DNA of 64,000 nucleotides from a virus (Duplodnaviria; Heunggongvirae; Uroviricota; Caudoviricetes): IMG/VR virus record IMGVR_UViG_2859810971_000007; one strand, 5' to 3'. Shown piece by piece: positions 57,148 to 64,000 of this stretch (position 1 is its first letter; each line of letters starts with the position of its first letter). The notes under the pieces were generated by a model. It saw only the letters and a program-made list of their open reading frames with translations, ran no database searches and was not told where the DNA came from. The position numbers and the translations under genes were made by a program.

Positions 57148-58089
57148 ATGATTACTTTTGATCAGGCAACCGTTGACAGCTCTGGTGCCTTTCTCATCGG
57201 GGAGCTGGAGCGACTCGACCAGACGCTGAACCTGCCACTGGTGGGGTACACCTGGAGCCGCGATATTCAACTGCGTGAAGACGTCTCCATCGCAGATGAC
57301 ATTTCCAGCTGGACGAATACCAGCTTCGCCGCTGCGGGTACTGGCGCAAATCCGAATGGAAAAAACTGGGTAGGCAAAGACTCAACCGCTATTGCTGGCG
57401 TGAACGTGGATATCGGCAAATCCGGTAACCCGCTGAACCTGTGGGGGATGGAACTTGGCTGGACGGTCATAGAATTGCAGGCTGCTCAGCAGGTCGGCCG
57501 CCCGATTGATACGCAGAAGTATGACGGTATGCAACTGAAATGGCAGATGGATAACGATGAACAGGTATATGTTGGCGATTCCGCATTAAACCTGAAAGGC
57601 CTTGTTACCCTGGACGGCGTGCCTGTCAACAACGCTGCCAAAACGTGGGCAACCTCAACACCGGACGAAATCCGCGCAAGCATTAACCAGGTGCTGTCTG
57701 ATGCGTGGGCCGCTTCTGGTTACTCTGTGGTTCCGCGTGATTTGCTGATCCCGCCTGAGCAGTTTGCTCTGTTGTCCAGCATCATCGTTTCATCTGCAGG
57801 TAACCAGTCCCTGTTGACGAACCTTCAGACCAACACCATCAGCTATCACCAGAACGGTGTTCCGCTGAATATCCGCGCGGTTAAATGGCTGAAAGGCCGT
57901 GGTGTGGGGAATAAGGATCGCATGGTTGCGTACACCAACGATAAAAAATACGTCCGCTACCCGCTGGTTCCGCTTCAGAGCGTGCCGGTGCAGTATCGCG
58001 GTCTGTATCAGATCGTCACTTACTACGGCAAGCTGGGTGCAGTCGAGCCAGTGTACAAAGAAACCATTTCGTACGTTGATGGCATTTAA
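57148..58089 (+). CDS. Major capsid protein (Mu-like head module)
   Basis: 313 aa; RBS AAGGAACAGACGAATG; position after scaffold gene. Confidence 0.6.
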   Translation: MITFDQATVDSSGAFLIGELERLDQTLNLPLVGYTWSRDIQLREDVSIADDISSWTNTSFAAAGTGANPNGKNWVGKDSTAIAGVNVDIGKSGNPLNLWGMELGWTVIELQAAQQVGRPIDTQKYDGMQLKWQMDNDEQVYVGDSALNLKGLVTLDGVPVNNAAKTWATSTPDEIRASINQVLSDAWAASGYSVVPRDLLIPPEQFALLSSIIVSSAGNQSLLTNLQTNTISYHQNGVPLNIRAVKWLKGRGVGNKDRMVAYTNDKKYVRYPLVPLQSVPVQYRGLYQIVTYYGKLGAVEPVYKETISYVDGI

Positions 58090-58129
58090 CAGCCACATGG
58101 CCCCTGGCGGGGCCATTAAGGATGACCCG

Positions 58130-58328
58130 ATGGCAAAAAATGATGCAGTAATACACGTACATACCCCGTTTGTGCTCACGCTTCCCGACGGTTCTCGGCG
58201 CGAGTTTGTTAAAGGCCGTCATGTTGTGGAGGAAGACGTTGCCACGCACTGGTTCACTCGTGCGCACGCGGAAGTATCCGTTGGCAAAGCCACAGACGCG
58301 CGTAACGAGGTAAAAAATGCCAAAGAAT
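58130..58328 (+). pseudogene. Small head-region protein, 3'-truncated by IS600
   Basis: AAGGA RBS then MAKNDAVIHVHTPFVLTLPDGSRREFVKGRHVV...; reading frame runs into IS600 end at 58329. Confidence 0.4.
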
Positions 58329-58371
58329 TGAGGTGTACTGGCAATAGCGGACACTACCATTTGTTCTTTTT

Positions 58372-59190
58372 TTAAGCAGCCATCTGATGATATTTTTCCC
58401 TGAAGGCTGCCGGGGAGATATTCCCCAGACGAGAGTGACGACGCTGACGATTGTAGAAAATCTCAATGTATTCCCGTATTACTGAGATGGCTTCATCCCG
58501 GTTATTAAAACGATAGTGGCTCAGGCTCTCATTTTTCAGCGTTCCCCAGAAGCTTTCCATCGGAGCGTTGTCGTAACAGTTACCTTTACGCGACATTGAT
58601 GTTTTCAGACCAAACTGCTCCTGTATGACCCGGTAATCGTATGCGCAGTACTGTGAACCTCGATCAGAGTGGTGGATTAGCCCGGCAGGTGGGCGCTGGC
58701 TCCTGAGCGCCATAAACAGGGCTTTACCTGTCAGCTCTTTTGTCATGCGCTCTCCCATGGCGTAGCCGACAATTTCGCACGTATAAACATCTTTGATGCC
58801 AGCGAGGTACAACCATCCCTCCTGTGTGGCAACATACGTCAGGTCCGCCACCCAGACCTGATTTGGTGCTGTAGGAGCGAACGTCTGGTTCAGCAGATTT
58901 GGCGCAACTGGCAGATTGTGGTTCGGGTTCGTAGTCGCTCTGAACTTGCGTTTCTGCTTACAGCGTAGCCTCAGCTCCTTACGAAGACGTGCCAGTCGGT
59001 CACGACCAACGATGATGCCATTCTCTGCCAGCTCCGTCTGGAGCCGCCGGGTTCCATATGTTTCGCGAGTGCGGATATGTGCCACCTTAATCTCCAGTTT
59101 TAGCCGCTCATCACTTTGTTTTCTGTCTGAGGGTTCATGCTGTACCCAGTTGTAATAACCGCTCCTGGATACACCAAATACCTGACACAT
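58372..59190 (-). CDS. IS600 OrfB transposase
   Basis: 272-aa ORF. Confidence 0.9.
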   Translation of the reverse strand: MCQVFGVSRSGYYNWVQHEPSDRKQSDERLKLEIKVAHIRTRETYGTRRLQTELAENGIIVGRDRLARLRKELRLRCKQKRKFRATTNPNHNLPVAPNLLNQTFAPTAPNQVWVADLTYVATQEGWLYLAGIKDVYTCEIVGYAMGERMTKELTGKALFMALRSQRPPAGLIHHSDRGSQYCAYDYRVIQEQFGLKTSMSRKGNCYDNAPMESFWGTLKNESLSHYRFNNRDEAISVIREYIEIFYNRQRRHSRLGNISPAAFREKYHQMAA

Positions 59191-59225
59191 CGCTTCAATG
59201 GGAAATTGTTGTCGCCATTGTTCGA

Positions 59226-59528
59226 TTAACGCGTATTTTTCAGCGACTCCTGTGCAAAATACGCTGTTGCTTTTTTTAATATATCGCGCTCAAGGCGAGC
59301 TTCATTTAACGCCTTACGCAGTTGCAGAATTTCAGATTCCAGTTCAGCCACCGTGCGGGAACCAGGAGTACCGAGCCCTTTTCTGGCGGCGGTAACCCAT
59401 TGTCCTAAAGTGCCTTCAGGAAGGGATAATCGGGAAGCGCCTTCACTGATCGAAAGTTGATTTTCAAGAACCGTTCTGACAGCTTCGGCTTTGAACTCTT
59501 TAGAGTAACGTTGGGTTTTTCTGCTCAT
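59226..59528 (-). CDS. IS600 OrfA
   Basis: 100-aa ORF. Confidence 0.9.
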   Translation of the reverse strand: MSRKTQRYSKEFKAEAVRTVLENQLSISEGASRLSLPEGTLGQWVTAARKGLGTPGSRTVAELESEILQLRKALNEARLERDILKKATAYFAQESLKNTR

Positions 59529-59657
59529 TATTAGCTCCTTCTGATGCCATTCTATTTCAGGAAGGAGTGTCCGTTAAACTCAGGCTATCTCAATAAACCG
59601 TGCTGTGTAACTGCTGTGGATCAAATCTGACCACAACTTTTTTCACTCCGGCATTCA

Positions 59658-60182
59658 TTAATGCCATGTTGTAATAAACGTTTTTCGCGCCTTTAAGGGA
59701 GCCGCCCAGTCAGGCTTCGCAAACTTCTGTACCTGGTAATACTTGTCCCGCAAAGTGGATGCGCTGACCTGGTAATGCCCTGCAACGGTCGCAAAAGCCG
59801 TTTTCGTTGAAATCCCCTGGTTCAGCATTTCGTCTGTGGCCTGAATTGAGGGCAACCATTTTTCAGCCAGGCTGCGCTGGGAATCGCTGGCTTTATCCCA
59901 TTTGCTCCATAGTGCCTCACGATCATAATCATGAGCTTCCAGCGTGGGGCGGGCGATTTCAAAACATCCCTGACTGGTTTTAAATTTTCCTTGTTGGAGC
60001 AAAACTTCAGCTCGAGCAATGTTAGGAAGAGAAGATATATGGTATTCGTAAGCAACCCCTCTAATTCCTTCTCTTCTTCTCTTGAGCCATCCTTCTCTCT
60101 GAGCTCTTTTGTGAACCCCCATTAATGAACCAGGTAAACCAGATAAACCCATGCATTCAATTGCTGATATCCACTCTCTCAT
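59658..60182 (-). pseudogene. Mu-type transposase A, N-terminal fragment
   Basis: ...[88 protein letters not shown] matches Mu A N-terminal domain; remainder lost at IS600. Confidence 0.7.
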
Positions 60183-60411
60183 TGTGATCCCTTAGATATC
60201 TACTAGGCCAAATTTCCTCAGGTTTCATGTTTAAGGCGTCAGCAATAATGCGTTCACCTTTAGGCCATGGCCTGACTAATGCATTTGCAAGCGTCCCGGT
60301 TGAATAACCTGAACGTCTGGACAATTTTGCCAGAGGGGTTCCTGTTTTTTTGAGGGCCGCAATCACGTCGGCCCGATGCCAATCGTTACTCATCTTTCGC
60401 ACACCAACCAT
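60157..60411 (-). CDS. ner: Ner-like DNA-binding protein
   Basis: 84 aa; ...[33 protein letters not shown] matches Ner/Nlp family. Confidence 0.7.
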   Translation of the reverse strand: MVGVRKMSNDWHRADVIAALKKTGTPLAKLSRRSGYSTGTLANALVRPWPKGERIIADALNMKPEEIWPSRYLRDHNERVDISN

Positions 60412-60564
60412 ATTGCGTATGATAAAGGGTTACCAAAACAAATAATTCGTCTTGATTATCTGTTTTATACATTACCAAATAAACCAAACCGGTTTATATC
60501 AGCTAATGTGGTTTATTTTGTAATCCATTGATTTTTATATAGATAAGTCTGGTAAGCTTAGTTT

Positions 60565-61074
60565 ATGAAAAGCGCAAATGAGATAAACCAGTGGATGACA
60601 CCCAAACAAATTACTGAACTGGATGGAATGCCTGGGACAATACAGGGGGTGCATAAACGAGCAAAGAAAGAAGGATGGCCGAAGCGTTCACAAGAAGGGC
60701 GTCGCGGGCCTGGGGTTGAATATATCCCGGCAATACCGGCTATGCAAAAAATTGCTATCGAAGAAATGAATGCTGATACATTGAAAATGTTCTCCCTGTT
60801 AATCAATAAACTAGGAGAAAATGAAGTCCGAGAGATAGAGCTAAACATGGCTAAATATGGGCTTTCCGGATTAATGCAAGAACGCCCCTCCATCTCCGTT
60901 GACACCCTATTGGCAACGCTGGGTATTGATCGCCAAACACTACAAACAGCTTTGGCGCTGCATAAATTACCTCCAGAAACTCGCCAAGAGATTTTGTCAA
61001 TGTATGGTGTTCATAAACAGGAAGAGCCTGTAGCTCCTTTGTTGGAACCACAAGATGCGAAAAAAGCCGTATAA
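60565..61074 (+). CDS. Mu c-type repressor
   Basis: 169 aa; N-terminal DGMPGTIQGVHKRAKKEGWPKR like Mu repressor/MuA DNA-binding fold; divergent from ner. Confidence 0.6.
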   Translation: MKSANEINQWMTPKQITELDGMPGTIQGVHKRAKKEGWPKRSQEGRRGPGVEYIPAIPAMQKIAIEEMNADTLKMFSLLINKLGENEVREIELNMAKYGLSGLMQERPSISVDTLLATLGIDRQTLQTALALHKLPPETRQEILSMYGVHKQEEPVAPLLEPQDAKKAV

Positions 61075-61329
61075 CAACCATGAGCCAGCTAAAACATACT
61101 TCACCTCACATAATCACACATGTAACATACCTAAACGGCATGAGCTGATTTGTGATATGAGTCATTTGGTGACAGCCTGGTTGTTATCGGTTTTGAACGT
61201 TTTTTGAAGCTATGATTGAAATGATTTATAGTGTTTTTGTTTTTCGTTTTTTCAATGAAACAAAAGCAATTTTTTACTATCTTTCGCGTTTCATTGGTTA
61301 ACGCCTAAAATTTGTACTACAGGCTTGCA

Positions 61330-61411
61330 AACCCCACCAAATCTAATCCCATCAGATCCCGAATAATCCAATGTTCTCCCGGTTTTTTCGTACTTCAAGT
61401 GAATCAATACA
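61330..61411. other. Mu-like left end (attL)
   Basis: Reverse complement reads TGTATTGATTCACTTGAAGTACGAAAAAACCGGGAGAACATTGGATTATTCGGGATCTGATGGGATTAGATTTGGTGGGG, the Mu left-end sequence; terminus at 61411. Confidence 0.75.
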
Positions 61412-61753
61412 CTGGGGCAAACGCTAACCCGTTTCCGCCAGCGTAAACATATGCTGGAAAGTATTGATAGCGCCAGCCAGAAGCAAATTGATGAGATGTT
61501 TAATGCCTATGCTCGCGGTGAACCCAAAGACGAACTGCCGACCGGCATTGACCCCTTGACGCTAAACGCGGTGCGAAAACTGTTTAAAGAGCCTGGTGTG
61601 CAACATACGGCAGAAACGGTGGCGCAGGCACTGACCATCAGCCGCACCACTGCCAGGCGTTATCTTGAATATTGCGCCAGCCGCCATCTGATTATTGCTG
61701 AAATTGTTCACGGCAAAGTTGGCAGACCACAACGCATATACCACAGTGGGTGA
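61412..61753 (+). pseudogene. dpiA: CitB-family response regulator (dpiA-like), C-terminal fragment
   Basis: Frame open from the Mu end; C-terminal HTH ...TISRTTARRYLEYCASRHLI...; upstream part replaced by Mu-like DNA; dpiA vs dcuR assigned by the adjacent dcuC. Confidence 0.55.
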
Positions 61754-61793
61754 CATGATAAAGCCGGAGGAAACTTGCCTCCGGCATTACTAT

Positions 61794-63179
61794 TTACTTG
61801 CCTGTGACCGCTGCTGCCGTTCCTGGCACCATCAGCTCTGTAGCAACGATAACAATCACTAGCCCAACAAGCACCGGCACCGAGGTGCGTTTTACGACTT
61901 CAAATGGTGAGATTTTCGCCATCCCGGCAACCGCAACGACTACGCCAGAAACGGGTGATAGGGTACGACCCAGGTTTGACGCCTGCAGCATCGGGATAGT
62001 CAAATACGCCGGGTTAATGCCGGAAGAGTGCGCCAGTTTCGGGCTCATCTCAACAAACGCATAAAACGGCGCATTGCCTGAACCGGTCGTGACTGCCGCC
62101 AGCATGGTCAGAATCACCAATACCAGCATCAGGATGATACTCGCCGAACCAAACGAGGTAGCGATAGAAATCAGACTTTGAATAAAGCCGATGGTGCTAA
62201 GCCCCTGAGCGAATACCCCAGCGGCAACCAGCAGCATCACCACGTTAGCAAACGCATCTGCCATCCCGCGATAAGCCACTTCCAGACCAGAGAAAACTTT
62301 CTGGGTATTAAAGCTGCGGAGGAACTTCAGAATGGAGGCAATCAGCATACAAATCACCAGAATAGTGATGATGTGTAATTGCGGACCCCATTTACCGTCA
62401 AAAATCAGTACACCGATGATCGGCGTGAACGGCAAAATGGCATAAAACGCGGGGGCAGTGGTGGTGATTTCACTGACATCTAACATTTCATGAGAGATGT
62501 GCTCTTTTTTATCCAGATAACGTTGCCAGAAGAAGTGGGCGATCGCCATGCCGATAATTGCAGCAATTGAGATAGGCAGCGTCGTTTTGAAGGCGAAGTC
62601 AATCAGCGACATTTCGGAAGCCTGCGCCGCCAGCACCACATCCCCTGAAGTCGGTGCGAGAATAATCGCCGCCGGGGAGGCACAAATGGCAGCTGCTGCG
62701 CCACGACTGATACCAACGTTTACCATCACCGGAAACAGGGTTGCCATCAGCAAAACACCCAGACCGGTTGCGGAAGAGACGGCCAGTGACATCAGACAAG
62801 CAACAAAATAGGCGGCAATCATCAGCAGGTAAGGGGAGTTAATATACTGCAATGGTTTTGACGCCAGCTTGACCACCATATCATTCGCGCCGATATGGGT
62901 CATGTAAGCGGCAAAGCCACACAGCATCATAATCATCATGCCGAGGTCGCCGCCGCGGCTCATTAGTAATATTTTAACGTATTCAACGATATCCGTGGCG
63001 CTGTAGCCTGTTGAAGCCTGGCTGGACGGTAACACTTTGTGCCCCATAATGGCACTGATAATCAGCAATAACAGGCCACCGACAAATAACACACCAGTGG
63101 CGGAATACCCTTTAATGATGTAGCGAGCCACACCCACAATAACCACAACCCCAATAAGGAGTTCAATGAATGTCAGCAT
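61794..63179 (-). CDS. dcuC: Anaerobic C4-dicarboxylate transporter DcuC
   Basis: 461 aa from MLTFIELLIGVVVIVGVARYIIKGYSATG; ORF-track 542-aa version includes non-coding upstream extension. Confidence 0.85.
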   Translation of the reverse strand: MLTFIELLIGVVVIVGVARYIIKGYSATGVLFVGGLLLLIISAIMGHKVLPSSQASTGYSATDIVEYVKILLMSRGGDLGMMIMMLCGFAAYMTHIGANDMVVKLASKPLQYINSPYLLMIAAYFVACLMSLAVSSATGLGVLLMATLFPVMVNVGISRGAAAAICASPAAIILAPTSGDVVLAAQASEMSLIDFAFKTTLPISIAAIIGMAIAHFFWQRYLDKKEHISHEMLDVSEITTTAPAFYAILPFTPIIGVLIFDGKWGPQLHIITILVICMLIASILKFLRSFNTQKVFSGLEVAYRGMADAFANVVMLLVAAGVFAQGLSTIGFIQSLISIATSFGSASIILMLVLVILTMLAAVTTGSGNAPFYAFVEMSPKLAHSSGINPAYLTIPMLQASNLGRTLSPVSGVVVAVAGMAKISPFEVVKRTSVPVLVGLVIVIVATELMVPGTAAAVTGK

Positions 63180-63302
63180 AATTTTTCCTGTCTCCAGGCC
63201 CAAAGTAAATAATAAAAACTTCCTAAAGCTTAAGGAAAAAATATGCCGGTAATGCTGCCAACTTACTGATTTAGTGTATGATGGTGATTTTAAGGTGCTT
63301 GC

Positions 63303-63578
63303 GTGGCTTCCATTTCCATCAGATGTCCTTCCTGCTCCGCTACTGAAGGCGTGGTGCGTAACGGCAAAAGCACTGCCGGACATCAGCGCTATCTCTGCTC
63401 TCATTGCCGTAAAACATGGCAACTACAGTTCACTTACACCGCCTCTCAGCCCGGTACGCACCAGAAAATCATTGATATGGCCATGAATGGCGTCGGATGT
63501 CGCGCCAGTGCACGCATTATGGGCGTTGGCCTCAACACGGTTTTACGTCACTTAAAAAACTCAGGCCGCAGTCGGTAA
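63303..63578 (+). CDS. insA: IS1 InsA
   Basis: 91-aa ORF identical to copy 1. Confidence 0.9.
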   Translation: MASISIRCPSCSATEGVVRNGKSTAGHQRYLCSHCRKTWQLQFTYTASQPGTHQKIIDMAMNGVGCRASARIMGVGLNTVLRHLKNSGRSR

Positions 63579-64000
63579 CCTCGCGCATACAACCGGGCAG
63601 TGATGTGATTGTCTGCGCTGAAATGGACGAACATTGGGGCTACGTCGGTGCTAAATCACGTCAGCGCTGGCTGTTTTACGCGTATGACAGGATACGGAGG
63701 ACGGTTGTGGCGCACGTCTTCGGTGAACGCACTCTGGCCACACTGGAGCGTCTTCTGAGCCTGCTGTCGGCCTTTGAGGTCGTGGTATGGATGACGGATG
63801 GCTGGCCGCTGTATGAATCACGCCTGAAGGGAAAGCTGCACGTTATCAGCAAGCGTTACACTCAGCACATTGAGCGACATAATCTGAATCTGAGACAACA
63901 TCTGGCAAGGCTGGGACGGAAGTCACTGTCGTTCTCAAAATCGGTGGAGCTGCATGACAAGGTCATCGGGCATTATCTGAACATAAAACACTATCAGTAA
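63497..64000 (+). CDS. insB: IS1 InsB
   Basis: 167-aa ORF ending at window end. Confidence 0.85.
   Translation: MSRQCTHYGRWPQHGFTSLKKLRPQSVTSRIQPGSDVIVCAEMDEHWGYVGAKSRQRWLFYAYDRIRRTVVAHVFGERTLATLERLLSLLSAFEVVVWMTDGWPLYESRLKGKLHVISKRYTQHIERHNLNLRQHLARLGRKSLSFSKSVELHDKVIGHYLNIKHYQ

Larger units (their letters stand above)
58329..59592 (-). mobile_element. IS600 copy 5
   Basis: 1264 bp; one mismatch in terminal repeat (CTATCTCA); no target duplication (AAT / ATA). Confidence 0.9.
63248..64000 (+). mobile_element. IS1 copy 2, partial (runs past window end)
   Basis: Begins GGTAATGCTGCCAACTTACTGAT; near-identical to copy 1 (e.g. insB R vs H at one codon). Confidence 0.9.

Noticed and set aside
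63180-63422. N-terminal extension making dcuC 542 aa
   Set aside because: DcuC starts at MLTFIELLIGVV (ATG 63179); the extension runs into IS1 and is an ORF-calling artefact.

Overview
This window reads as a Shigella / enteroinvasive E. coli chromosomal segment: an ipaH effector gene plus IS600, IS629, IS1, IS2 and IS911 on an E. coli backbone (pgl-ybhD-ybhJ-ybhC-att-lambda, and dpiA-dcuC). The backbone is filled with rearranged, decaying prophage remnants: (i) a lambda-like head module Z-FII-FI-E-D-C-B-W-A-Nu1 (1-8229, minus strand) and a lambda int with attL core at the canonical att site (31679-32705); (ii) a Rac-like module with racR / ydaS-ydaT immunity, O-like and DnaC-like replication genes, hok, a QueH-like gene, a Q-like gene and a 4-tRNA array (10801-19660); (iii) a second lambdoid module (34181-58328) with an intein-bearing primase-helicase, ninB/ninE, a HigBA-like toxin-antitoxin pair, Rha, O/DnaC/DnaB, NinH, Q, an identical 4-tRNA array in inverted orientation, a lysis cassette and Mu-like head genes; (iv) a Mu-like early-region remnant (Mu A fragment, ner, c, left end) inserted in dpiA. 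Eleven IS copies punctuate the region: IS600 x5 (all same orientation, four without target duplications), IS2 x2, IS1 x2, IS629 nested in IS600, and IS911. Many genes are disrupted by IS insertion, in-frame TAG codons or single-base indels in homopolymer runs. The most unusual element is an intein with a LAGLIDADG endonuclease domain in the Walker A loop of the primase-helicase. All calls rest on reading the six-frame translations against remembered protein families; no database search was run, and coordinates of IS ends and start codons are approximate to a few bases.
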